Shown: in pieces, positions 1-8,995 of the stretch
Layout of the letters: each line of letters begins with the position of its first letter
How positions within the stretch are numbered: position 1 is the first letter of the stretch
The notes under the pieces: generated by a model
Databases searched by the model: none
Seen by the model: the letters and a program-made list of their open reading frames with translations, nothing else
Told to the model about the DNA's origin: nothing
Position numbers and translations under genes: made by a program
DNA from: Candidatus Woesearchaeota archaeon
GTDB taxonomy: Archaea > Nanobdellota > Nanobdellia > Woesearchaeales > WAPY01
DNA: 64,000 nt
Assembly: GCA_049700835.1 (NCBI GenBank)
Contig: JBNAUL010000002.1
Location: 142,129-206,128, forward strand
Direction of reading: 5' to 3'

Positions 1-81
1 CCAACAGTTTACTGCGGAAGCGAAAAAAGAATATTGATTCCAGGAGACAAGTATAATATAATAAATATTGATGAATTCTAA
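1..81 (+). CDS. 3' end of a CDS entering from upstream of the window, product unknown
   Basis: Frame 1 is open from base 1 to TAA at 79-81 (...[26 protein letters not shown]). No motif recognised. Confidence 0.25.
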   Translation, partial: PTVYCGSEKRILIPGDKYNIINIDEF

Positions 82-103
82 ATTTTAACGCAAAACCAAA
101 AGA

Positions 104-113
104 TTTAAAAATA
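104..113 (+). promoter_or_regulatory. TATA-box-like element for rps12 (probable leaderless mRNA)
   Basis: TTTAAAAATA lies about 25-30 nt upstream of the ATG at 138, the spacing typical of archaeal TATA-to-TSS. Confidence 0.4.
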
Positions 114-137
114 ACTGCTAAACTCTCTTTGATGAAA

Positions 138-575
138 ATGGCAAAAAAGACGCGTGGTTTAAACGCAGGAAGAAAATTGCTTGAAAGAAGGAAAAAGTTC
201 AGGTGGAACAATAAATGGTTTACTCGCAGGGCTCTTAACTTGAACAAGATTTCTGATCCTTTGGAAGGATGTTCTCAAGCAAGAGGCATAGTTCTTGAAA
301 AAGTTCAAATAGAGGCAAAACAGCCGTGTTCTGGAATGAGAAAATGCGTCAAAGTTCAACTCATAAAAAATGGAAGGCAGGTTACTGCCTTTTGTCCTGG
401 AGACGGTGCTTCAAAGTTCATTGACGAACACGATGAGGTCATAATAGAATCAATAAATGGTCATATGGGGCGTTCTAAGGGAGATCTTTCAGGGATAAGG
501 TGGCAGGTAATAAAGGTTAATGATCAAAGCCTTGAAATGCTTAGAAAGGGAAAAATAGAAAAAGCAAGGAAGTAA
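138..575 (+). CDS. rps12: 30S ribosomal protein S12 (uS12)
   Basis: [23 protein letters not shown]...[21 protein letters not shown] is the typical archaeal uS12 sequence. The ORF track starts at a TTG at 129; ATG 138 is preferred because of the promoter spacing. Confidence 0.95.
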   Translation: MAKKTRGLNAGRKLLERRKKFRWNNKWFTRRALNLNKISDPLEGCSQARGIVLEKVQIEAKQPCSGMRKCVKVQLIKNGRQVTAFCPGDGASKFIDEHDEVIIESINGHMGRSKGDLSGIRWQVIKVNDQSLEMLRKGKIEKARK

Positions 576-756
576 TTTTTAATTACATACATAAGTTCTT
601 AAACCGCAAAATTTATAAATAAAAAATTCTTATGTTAAAAAGAGTTCTAAAAACGCGCAAACTTTCAAGCACAGAGAATTGGATTAGAGCAAAAGATAAT
701 TCTTTTTTATGGGTTTTAAAAATCCATAATAAAGATATAAAAGAAGGTGTGCTGTC

Positions 757-966
757 ATGAAGTACTTTCAAAAGATAAACAAACCAGAGGTTGGAAAAAC
801 TTGGAAGGAAAAAAAGAATGAAAAATGTTCGTATTGCGGCAAGGAGATAAACAAGAGTGAGAACTATCTTGTTTTGGCTATATTCTGGAAAATAAAAAAT
901 AAGAGCGATGTCAGGCACTTTTGCAGTTTTAAGTGCGTTGAAAAATGGCTCAAGAGCGTAAGATAA
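757..966 (+). CDS. small zinc-finger protein (TRASH/FCS-like CxxC...FCSxxC)
   Basis: CSYCGKEI...HFCSFKCVEKW cysteine pattern. The ORF sits 19 nt upstream of tfe on the same strand. Confidence 0.5.
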   Translation: MKYFQKINKPEVGKTWKEKKNEKCSYCGKEINKSENYLVLAIFWKIKNKSDVRHFCSFKCVEKWLKSVR

Positions 967-984
967 TGCTCAATCTCTCTAAAA

Positions 985-1671
985 ATGAATGTCTCAAACG
1001 AAATAATAAAGGATGTTGCAGGAATGCTCTCAGCAGAGGATACTATAAACATAATATTCAACATCAAAGACAAAGTCAATGTTTCTGAATTCAAGATAGC
1101 TGAGGACTTGCATTTGGAAATAAGGGACATAAGAAAAAAGCTCTATAAACTCTTAGAAAACAATCTCGTTACATTTAAGAGAAAGAAGGACAAAAAGAAG
1201 GGTTGGTACATATACTATTGGACATTCAATCCAGTTCAAGCAAAATTCCTTTACACTCAATTGAGAGAAAGAAAATTGAAGCTTCTTCAGGAGAGATTGG
1301 AAAGGGAAAAAAACAATCAATTTTTCATATGCCCAAATGCCTGTGTAAGATTAGATTTTGAAAAGGCGTTTGAGTTTGACTTTAAATGCCCTGAGTGTGG
1401 TTCTTTGGTTAAGGAGCACAACAATGAAGCAACAATACGAAATTTAGAGGAGGAAATTGAGAGGTTGAAGAAGGAGCTTGCTGAAATCAAGGAAAAGAAA
1501 TTTAGGCCTGCAAAGGAGAAAACAATTGAAAAGAAAGGAAAAAGAGAAAAAGAGAACGAAAAGCGAAAAGAGACAGCAAAAAGTAAAACAGGGAAAAGAG
1601 CGAAAATCTCTGTCAAGCAAGTTAAGGTTAAAAATGAAAAGAATAAAAAGAGTAAGAAAATTAAAAAATAG
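985..1671 (+). CDS. tfe: transcription factor E (TFE alpha / TFIIE-alpha homologue) with Lys-rich C-terminal tail
   Basis: N-terminal winged helix (...IRDIRKKLYKLLENNLVTFKRKKDKKKGWYIYYWTFN). Zinc ribbon FICPNACVRLDFEKAFEFDFKCPECGSLV. The last ~55 aa are a K/E-rich tail. Confidence 0.8.
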   Translation: MNVSNEIIKDVAGMLSAEDTINIIFNIKDKVNVSEFKIAEDLHLEIRDIRKKLYKLLENNLVTFKRKKDKKKGWYIYYWTFNPVQAKFLYTQLRERKLKLLQERLEREKNNQFFICPNACVRLDFEKAFEFDFKCPECGSLVKEHNNEATIRNLEEEIERLKKELAEIKEKKFRPAKEKTIEKKGKREKENEKRKETAKSKTGKRAKISVKQVKVKNEKNKKSKKIKK

Positions 1672-1792
1672 AGAAATTTCAAAGCAACAGCAAAACAAAA
1701 TTAAAAATAACGCGTTGCGCTAAAAACAAAACATAAGCTTTAAATATGAGTAGCCAATTACCTAAAATAACAAAAAGAATTCTGTGATTAAA

Positions 1793-2428
1793 ATGAATGA
1801 TGTGGTTAAGAGCGGAACTACAACTATAGGACTTATTTGCAAGGATGGAGTTGTTTTGGCTACAGACAAGAGGGCAACAACAGGTTATTTGGTTGCTGAC
1901 AAGAACATAAGAAAGATATATAATCTTACAGATTCAATAGCGGTTACAATGGCAGGAACTGTTTCTGATGCTCAACTGCTCTTGAGATACACAAAAGCAG
2001 AGCTCAATCTTAAAAATATAAGAACAGAACAGGAGATTTCTGTCAAGGAAGCAGCAAACCTAATTGCAAGAATGGTATATTCTAATGTAAGATCCTTTAG
2101 CGCAATTCCAGGGCTTTCCCAATTCATAATGGGCGGAAAGGACAAAGAAGGATTTCATCTGTTCGATATTTATCCTGACGGCACTGTAACAGAGTGCGAA
2201 GATTATGTTTGTTCTGGTTCAGGATCAGTTGTTGCATACGGAGTTTTGGAAACATTGTACAAGCAGAACATGAGCGTTGAGGAAGGCGTAAAGCTCGCTG
2301 TCAAGGTATTGAATGCTGCATTGCAGAGGGACATAGCATCAGGCAGCGGAATTGACATAGTAACAATAACAAAGGAAGGTTTCAAAAGGGTTTTGGAAAA
2401 AGAAATAAACACAAAATTTGATTTTTGA
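1793..2428 (+). CDS. psmB: proteasome subunit beta
   Basis: Short propeptide followed by the catalytic Thr: MNDVVKSG|TTTIGLICKDGVVLATDKRAT. ATG 1793 lies inside the GTG-started track ORF. Confidence 0.95.
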   Translation: MNDVVKSGTTTIGLICKDGVVLATDKRATTGYLVADKNIRKIYNLTDSIAVTMAGTVSDAQLLLRYTKAELNLKNIRTEQEISVKEAANLIARMVYSNVRSFSAIPGLSQFIMGGKDKEGFHLFDIYPDGTVTECEDYVCSGSGSVVAYGVLETLYKQNMSVEEGVKLAVKVLNAALQRDIASGSGIDIVTITKEGFKRVLEKEINTKFDF

Positions 2429-2618
2429 ATTAAAAATCTGAGAGATTAAGGCTTTTAAAAAGCAAAGTTTTTGTTCAAAATTTTTAAGCATTTTTAAGCA
2501 AGCTTATCTGTCTGAAATTATTAATGCTGCAAGAAGAACTTAAAGAACTTTTAAAATCAAATAGAGAGTAATCATAATAATCATAAAAATTCTTAGTGTA
2601 GAGAATTGGTGGAAGAAT

Positions 2619-4502
2619 ATGCCAAACATAATTGACGAAATAATGAAGTTTTTGCCAAAAGAAAAGATAAGTGATGCTGTTTTTGAAGGAGCAAACATTG
2701 TGCTCTACACAAAAGACAAGAATTTTTTTCTTGACAACAATGGCTTAATAAAACAGGTTGTTGACAGCATAAAAAAGAGAGTTGAATTAAGAGCAGATCC
2801 GAGCATAGTAACGCCTGTGGAAGAGGCAAAGTTTTTAATAAAAGAACTAATGCCTGAGGAAGCAGAAACAAGCAACATCTTTTTTGAATCTCAAAGGTCC
2901 ATAGTTAACATCGAGGCAGAAAAACCAGGATTGGCAATTGGAAAGCAAGGTTCTTTGCTTAGAGAAATAAAGGAAAAGACCTTGTGGATTCCAATAATAA
3001 AGAGAAAACCTGCTATCAACTCAAGATTGATAAACAACATAAGGACAGTTCTTTACTTGAATTCTGATTACAGGAGAAAATTCCTTGACAAGGTAGGTCA
3101 TAGAATCTATGATGGTTGGATAAGAGAAAAGAGGGATGAATGGATAAGGGTAACTTATTTGGGTTCTGGAAGAGAGGTTGGGAGGTCATGCATTTTGTTG
3201 CAGACCCCTGAATCAAGGGTTTTATTGGACTGCGGAATTAATGTTGCAGTTAAGGATGAAAATGCTTATCCTCATTTTGAAGTCCCTGAGTTTAATATAC
3301 ACGACATTGACGCTGTCATAGTGAGTCACGCTCATCTTGACCATTGCGGTTTTCTGCCTTATCTTTTCAAGTACAATTACAGAGGACCTGTTTATTGCAC
3401 AGCGCCAACAAGAGATATGGCTGCTTTAACATTGCTTGATTTCATAAAAATCATGAAATCAGAAGGAGAAAAACTCTTGTTTGATGTTGAGGATGTAAAA
3501 GAGATGGTAAAGCATACAATAACATTGGAATACGACGAGGTTACAGACATAACTCCTGATGTTAGAATTACTCTCTACAATGCAGGGCACATCTTAGGAA
3601 GTTCAATGGTTCACCTGCACATCGGAAATGGACTCCATAATCTTTTGTATACCGCTGATTTCAAGTATGCAAAAACAGAATTGCTGCAGCAGGCAGTCAC
3701 TGAATTCCCAAGATTAGAAACACTTATGATTGAATCAACATACGGAGGAAGGGACAATGTTCAGCCATCAAGAAAAGAAGCCAACGAAATATTTTTTAAT
3801 CTTATAAAAGAAAGTGTTAAGAGAAAGGGAAAGGTCTTGATTCCTGTTTTGGGAACAGGAAGGGCTCAAGAGATTATGCTGCTGCTTGAAAAGGCAATGC
3901 GCGATGGAGAAATTGAAAAGTTCCCGATATTTGTTGACGGCATTGTTTGGGACATAACAGCAATACACACAGCATATCCAAATTTCATGAATTCAACAGT
4001 GAGAAAAAGCATATTCCATGAGGATGCAAATCCTTTTCTTTCTGAAGTATTCAAAAGGGTTGGCTCTCAAAAGGAGAGACAGCAAGTCATTGACCATTCA
4101 GGCCCATGCATAATATTGGCAACTTCTGGAATGCTTGTCGGGGGGCCAAGCGTTGAGTACTTGAGGCAGTTGGCAGAGGACAAGAGAAACATGCTAATCT
4201 TTGTCTCTTATCAAGGAGAAGGTTCTCTTGGAAGGAGAATACAGAAGGGCGAACGAGAGTTTGTTTATGGAAAAGAAATTGTTAAAATAAATCTGCAAGT
4301 TGAAACCATAGAAGGCTATACAGGGCACTCTGACAGAAAACAGTTGATGCAGTTTGTTTATGCCTGCAATCCAAGGCCAAAGAAGATTATAATAAACCAC
4401 GGCGAAAATTCAAGATGTTTAGATCTTGCGAGTTCTCTGCACAAAGCATACAAGGTTGAAACAGTTGCTCCAAGAAATCTTGAAACAGTAAGGTTAAGAT
4501 AA
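2619..4502 (+). CDS. aCPSF1-type beta-CASP ribonuclease (KH domains plus metallo-beta-lactamase/beta-CASP)
   Basis: N-terminal KH region, HAHLDHCG metallo-beta-lactamase motif, C-terminal GHSD; 627 aa. GGTGG SD at 2608-2612. Confidence 0.95.
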   Translation: MPNIIDEIMKFLPKEKISDAVFEGANIVLYTKDKNFFLDNNGLIKQVVDSIKKRVELRADPSIVTPVEEAKFLIKELMPEEAETSNIFFESQRSIVNIEAEKPGLAIGKQGSLLREIKEKTLWIPIIKRKPAINSRLINNIRTVLYLNSDYRRKFLDKVGHRIYDGWIREKRDEWIRVTYLGSGREVGRSCILLQTPESRVLLDCGINVAVKDENAYPHFEVPEFNIHDIDAVIVSHAHLDHCGFLPYLFKYNYRGPVYCTAPTRDMAALTLLDFIKIMKSEGEKLLFDVEDVKEMVKHTITLEYDEVTDITPDVRITLYNAGHILGSSMVHLHIGNGLHNLLYTADFKYAKTELLQQAVTEFPRLETLMIESTYGGRDNVQPSRKEANEIFFNLIKESVKRKGKVLIPVLGTGRAQEIMLLLEKAMRDGEIEKFPIFVDGIVWDITAIHTAYPNFMNSTVRKSIFHEDANPFLSEVFKRVGSQKERQQVIDHSGPCIILATSGMLVGGPSVEYLRQLAEDKRNMLIFVSYQGEGSLGRRIQKGEREFVYGKEIVKINLQVETIEGYTGHSDRKQLMQFVYACNPRPKKIIINHGENSRCLDLASSLHKAYKVETVAPRNLETVRLR

Positions 4503-4558
4503 ATCAAATTTATTTTTATCAACATTTTCAGAAATAGAAAAGTTTATATACTTGCACA

Positions 4559-4576
4559 TTTGCACAAATATGCAAA
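4559..4576. promoter_or_regulatory. perfect 6-6-6 palindrome TTTGCA-CAAATA-TGCAAA overlapping the ArsR start; candidate operator
   Basis: The inverted repeat was read directly. It lies just downstream of the TATA-like AGTTTATATA (4541-4550) and covers ATG 4570 and ATG 4576. Confidence 0.4.
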
Positions 4577-4866
4577 TGACTAAAAAAGAATTTCTCTCTG
4601 GGGAGGAATTGAAGTTACTAAGAGCGTTGTCAGACGAAGCAAGATTGGGAATAATAAAAATTCTTTTAGAAAAAGAATGTGAGTGCGTGTGCAACCTGAG
4701 TTCAAAAATAAAAAAGGACCAGTCAGTTGTATTCAGGCACATAATGATTCTAAAAGAAGCAGGAATAGTAAAAACTGAAAAAAAGAACAAGTTCTTGTTT
4801 TGCAAGATAAAAGACAAAAACTCTCTCTTGAAATTTTTTAAGCTTGTCAAGAATTTCAAAAAATAA
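4570..4866 (+). CDS. ArsR/SmtB-family transcriptional regulator
   Basis: LLRALSDEARLGIIKILLEKECECVCNLSSKIKKDQSVVFRHIMILKEAGIV is a wHTH with a metal-site-like CxC. The start is chosen at an ATG rather than the TTG at 4552. Confidence 0.85.
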   Translation: MQMTKKEFLSGEELKLLRALSDEARLGIIKILLEKECECVCNLSSKIKKDQSVVFRHIMILKEAGIVKTEKKNKFLFCKIKDKNSLLKFFKLVKNFKK

Positions 4867-4906
4867 AAAACAAAAAAGACACTGCGATAAAGATGGAGGT
4901 AGAAAA

Positions 4907-5140
4907 ATGAAGATTGAAATCTTTGGTTCAGGATGTCCAAAATGCAAGAAATTAGAAGAGAATGCAAAAAAAGCAGTTGAGGAATTGAAATTGAATGATG
5001 TAAAAATAGAGCATGTGTACGATGTGAATAAGATTGTGGATAAAGGAATTTTATTCACGCCCGCAATAGCAGTTAATGGAGAAATAAAAGCTCAAGGAAA
5101 AATTCCTGATGTTAAGGAAATAAAGGAATGGCTTAAGTGA
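4907..5140 (+). CDS. small thioredoxin-fold protein (redox-active disulfide protein 2 type, CPKC)
   Basis: MKIEIFGSGCPKCKKLEENAKK... with GGAGGT SD at 4895-4900. This is the usual partner of ArsR and the permease. Confidence 0.8.
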   Translation: MKIEIFGSGCPKCKKLEENAKKAVEELKLNDVKIEHVYDVNKIVDKGILFTPAIAVNGEIKAQGKIPDVKEIKEWLK

Positions 5141-5179
5141 TCATTTCTAAAATTTCTAAAAACAGAATAAGGTGAAAAT

Positions 5180-6223
5180 ATGAAAAGAATATATTTTGGA
5201 ATAATTATCATTGCATTGCTACTTGGTGGCTTAGTAAGTTATGAATGGTACAGCTCTTTTAAAAAGAGCAAACTCATAGAAAAAGGGATTTATCCAAAGG
5301 AACCTTTTCCAATAAGTTCTGAAACTCCAAAATACTTAATACCAATCTATACTTTGTTGTCATATGCTCAAAAAGCATGGGTTTGTTTATTAATTGCATT
5401 TTTAGTAGCAGGAGCATTTCAGGCGTTTATTCCAAAAGAACTTGTAATAAAGAGATTAAGTGGAAATGATTTTAAATCATACCTTATTGCAGCGTTTGGG
5501 GGTCCAATGCTCTCTGTGTGTTCTTGCTCAATAATTCCTTTGTTTGCAGCAATAAAGAAAAGAGGAGCTGGTTTAGGCCCTGCAATAACATTCTTATTAG
5601 CAACCCCTGCAATAAATCCTGCAGCAGTTATTCTAACAATAAGCTTATTGAGTTGGAAGGTTGCGCTTGCAAGAATAATTCTTGCTATCACTGCTGCAAT
5701 GCTTACTGGGTTAATGATCAACAAACTTTTTGGCAAACAGGATCATGAAAGTTCTCAAAAACTTAAAATAGATTATCACGAGCAGAATTTTTCTTTCAAA
5801 AGAGACATTAAGGAATGGTTTTTAAATGTTTATGAGTTCACAGCAAAGATACTACCATTAGTTTTTTTAGGAATTTTCATCATAGGCATTGTAAAGATTT
5901 TCCTTAAAACAGAAATTATATCAAAGTATTTAGGACAAGGAATACCGCAAACAGCCCTTGCCTCAATAATAGGGGTTATAATGTACACTCCAACTTTAGT
6001 TGAAATTCCTTTTGTCAGTGAATTGTTGATTTTAGGGATGGGAACAGCGCCAGCAATTGCCTTTTTGCTGACAGGACCTGCTCTTAGTTTGCCCTCACTT
6101 CTTGGAGTTTCAAGGGTTGTAAAGTGGAAGATAGTTTTGACTTATGCAATGCTGATGTTTGTTTTTGGAGTTATAGGAGGACTTTTGTTTGCACATTTTG
6201 TCCCGCAGATAACTCTTGTTTAA
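5180..6223 (+). CDS. permease (ArsP/UPF0718-type multi-pass membrane protein)
   Basis: Multi-TM protein with SVCSCSIIPLFAAIKKRGAGLGPAITFLLATPAINP, characteristic of the permease family found in ars-like clusters. Confidence 0.8.
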   Translation: MKRIYFGIIIIALLLGGLVSYEWYSSFKKSKLIEKGIYPKEPFPISSETPKYLIPIYTLLSYAQKAWVCLLIAFLVAGAFQAFIPKELVIKRLSGNDFKSYLIAAFGGPMLSVCSCSIIPLFAAIKKRGAGLGPAITFLLATPAINPAAVILTISLLSWKVALARIILAITAAMLTGLMINKLFGKQDHESSQKLKIDYHEQNFSFKRDIKEWFLNVYEFTAKILPLVFLGIFIIGIVKIFLKTEIISKYLGQGIPQTALASIIGVIMYTPTLVEIPFVSELLILGMGTAPAIAFLLTGPALSLPSLLGVSRVVKWKIVLTYAMLMFVFGVIGGLLFAHFVPQITLV

Positions 6224-6306
6224 GAAACAAAATATTTGTTTTTATTTTTATCTTTATTTTTCTTTTTTTTATATTTTAAACTCTGTTCTTAAATTAGTAT
6301 GATACC

Positions 6307-7141
6307 TTATAAAGTCCTTAAATCACTCCACATTTCTTCTCTTATTTTTAAAATATCTTGCAATTTGTCATAGTGTCTTTTCTTGTAATCTTCAACGATC
6401 TCTTTCTTGTATGCATTGAACATTTGAAGCGCTGCTAAACTTAAACCATTAATGATTTTTCCTTTTCTTATAAGTTCATCTATTTCTTCTTCTAAGAAAA
6501 ATCTTCTTTTGCTGATTAGTTCAAGTTTATCCTCTTTAACATTTAGTTTTTTCTCAGGATCAACTTCTGCAGCATATGCATTAAGATAATTTGTGAATCT
6601 TGCAGGATTGGCATTTACCTTACCAAGATAATTTAAGCTTATAACCTCGCTTAAGAATTCCTCTTCAACTTCTCTTTTCGCTCCTTGCTCAAATGTCTCA
6701 TTTTCTTTAAAAAACCCATTGGTATTTCCCAAGCATCAATGCCAGATTCTTTTGTATCAAAATTATAAGGGTCTGCTCTGTATTCTTTTATTAGTCCTAA
6801 ATAAAATATTGGTTTTCCTTTCTTATTAAACTCAGCTATATACCATGGAACTATTGCAGTACCAGAAATATATGTTCTGTTCCCATTTTCATCTTCAGGT
6901 CCTTCTGTAATAACAATCTTATCATATGTTCCTATTATTTTTCCTGTTTCATCATCTTCTATTACATGAATAATTTGTTCATGTTTTCCAAATCTTTTAT
7001 CATTAAATCCTTCTATAATTGTTACTTCTTTGTTTCCAATTTTGATTTTTTTTCTATTGGTTTGTATCCAAGGTTATTAATATTAACCAATCCTTTATCA
7101 ACCGCCTCTTCTAAACTTAGAACCTTTTCTATTTTTGCCAT
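6307..7141 (-). pseudogene. Nudix hydrolase interrupted by two single-base frameshifts
   Basis: Nudix box G..ENETFEQGAKREVEEE. The reading frame runs from ATG 7141, is broken at the A8 run (plus-strand T-run 7046-7053), and is broken again at the T6 run (plus-strand A-run 6709-6714). All three segments are stop-free in the corrected frames. Confidence 0.7.
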
Positions 7142-7325
7142 TCAAAACACCCCTATTAAAAATTTTTGAATTACAATGTTGAAAATGTTTAGGTATATAA
7201 ATTTTATTATTATATAGTTAAAACAACACCGGTGTGTTTTTTTAAGAGTATTTTTTCATAAAACAAAAAAATTTAAATACTAGTGTGAGTGCAATATTCA
7301 TAACCAAAGTTTTTATGAAAACAAA

Positions 7326-8573
7326 ATGGTGGTTTTTATGGGCTATGATGCTTTTGAAAATGCAAAAAAACAATTCATTCAAGTAGCAGAGAACATTGGT
7401 ATAAAAAAAGAAATTATTGATTATTTGTCAGAACCAAAGAGAATAATAGAAGTCTATTTTCCTGTGAGAATGGATTCTGGAAAAACAATAATGTTTAAGG
7501 GTTATAGAGTACAACATAATGACTCATTAGGCCCTTTCAAAGGAGGTATTAGGTTTCATCCCCAAGTTAATCTTTCAGAGGTTAAAGCATTGGCAATGTG
7601 GATGACTTGGAAGTGCGCAATTGCTGGAATACCATTTGGTGGAGGAAAAGGAGGAGTTGCTGTTAATCCAAAAGAACTCTCGAATTCTGAGCTTGAAAGA
7701 TTGAGCAGAAGTTATATAAGAGCAATATTTGATTTTATTGGAGAAGATGTTGATATCCCTGCTCCTGATGTTAATACAAATTCTCAAATCATGGCTTGGA
7801 TGTTAGACGAGTATGAAAAAATCAAGGGTCGTAAAAGCCCTGGAGTGATTACTGGAAAGCCAATTGAAGTTGGAGGTTCTAAAGGAAGGGAAATGGCAAC
7901 TTCCTTAGGAGGATATTTTATTCTTGAAGAAACCTTAGAAAAAACAGGGATAAAAGCAAACAAAATAGCAATACAAGGAATTGGCAATGTTGGAGGCGGA
8001 ATTGCAAAAATTCTTTATGACAAAGGATTTAAGATTGTTGGAATAAGTGACTCTACAGCAGGACTTTATAATGATAAAGGATTAAACATTCCTGAGTTGT
8101 TAGAATTTAAAAAATCAGGAGGCTCTTTTAAGGATTACAACAAAGCAAAAAAGATCAGCAACGATGAACTCCTTGAATTAAATGTAGATGTTTTGATTCC
8201 TGCTGCTCTTGAAAACCAAATAACAGAAAAGAATGCAAACAAAATAAAAGCAAAGATTGTTTTAGAACTTGCAAATGGGCCAACAACTTTGGAAGCGGAT
8301 AAAATTTTAAAGGAAAAAAATATTTTAGTTGTTCCTGATGTGCTTGCAAATTCAGGAGGAGTTTCAGTTAGTTATTGCGAATGGGTTCAGAACAAACAAG
8401 GTTATTATTGCGATGAAGAAGAAGTGAATGAAAGGTTGAGCAAGATAATGAAGAATGCTTTTAGAAGCGTCTATGATGTTATGAAAGAAAAGAATATAAG
8501 CATGAGAGAAGCTGCTTATGCCGTTGCAATAACAAAGGTTGCAAGAGCTGTTGAACTTAAAGGTTTCCAATAA
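7326..8573 (+). CDS. gdhA: glutamate dehydrogenase
   Basis: KGGIRFHP and GGGKGG motifs plus the GIGNVGG Rossmann motif; 415 aa. Confidence 0.95.
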   Translation: MVVFMGYDAFENAKKQFIQVAENIGIKKEIIDYLSEPKRIIEVYFPVRMDSGKTIMFKGYRVQHNDSLGPFKGGIRFHPQVNLSEVKALAMWMTWKCAIAGIPFGGGKGGVAVNPKELSNSELERLSRSYIRAIFDFIGEDVDIPAPDVNTNSQIMAWMLDEYEKIKGRKSPGVITGKPIEVGGSKGREMATSLGGYFILEETLEKTGIKANKIAIQGIGNVGGGIAKILYDKGFKIVGISDSTAGLYNDKGLNIPELLEFKKSGGSFKDYNKAKKISNDELLELNVDVLIPAALENQITEKNANKIKAKIVLELANGPTTLEADKILKEKNILVVPDVLANSGGVSVSYCEWVQNKQGYYCDEEEVNERLSKIMKNAFRSVYDVMKEKNISMREAAYAVAITKVARAVELKGFQ

Positions 8574-8608
8574 GTTTAAAATAAAATTAAAAACAAGGCG
8601 GTGCGAAA

Positions 8609-8953
8609 ATGTTTAATTTTGCCTGTAAGAGCATTTCAATGGAAGAGATTGTGAGATGTGGTTTTAAGATAAACAAGACAGAATACAAGGTTTTATACCA
8701 GCTGCTTAAAGCAAAGAGCGAACTTACTGTAAATGAGATTGCAAGGGAATTAAAGAAGAATAGGACAACATTGCAGAAAGGTATAAAAGGATTGCTTGAA
8801 AAGAAAATGATTAGCAGAAGACAGATGAACCTTGATAATGGGGGTTATGTGTTTGTTTACAAAGCGCATGACAAGGAAAAAATAAAGAGTGATTTGTTGG
8901 CTATAATCAGCAAGTGGAAAGAAGCTGTTGATATTGCTATTAGGAATTGGTAA
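8609..8953 (+). CDS. winged-helix transcriptional regulator (TrmB/MarR-like)
   Basis: TEYKVLYQLLKAKSELTVNEIARELKKNRTTLQKGIKGLLEKKMISRR. Confidence 0.6.
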   Translation: MFNFACKSISMEEIVRCGFKINKTEYKVLYQLLKAKSELTVNEIARELKKNRTTLQKGIKGLLEKKMISRRQMNLDNGGYVFVYKAHDKEKIKSDLLAIISKWKEAVDIAIRNW

Positions 8954-8995
8954 GCTTCCTGTTTTTATTTTATTCTATTTTATTTTTTATTTTAA

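Noticed and set aside
4844-4906. A 21-codon N-terminal extension of the thioredoxin-fold gene, which would overlap the ArsR 3' end.
   Set aside because: A GGAGGT Shine-Dalgarno sequence sits 6 nt before ATG 4907, and the family normally starts MKIEI..GxGCxxC.
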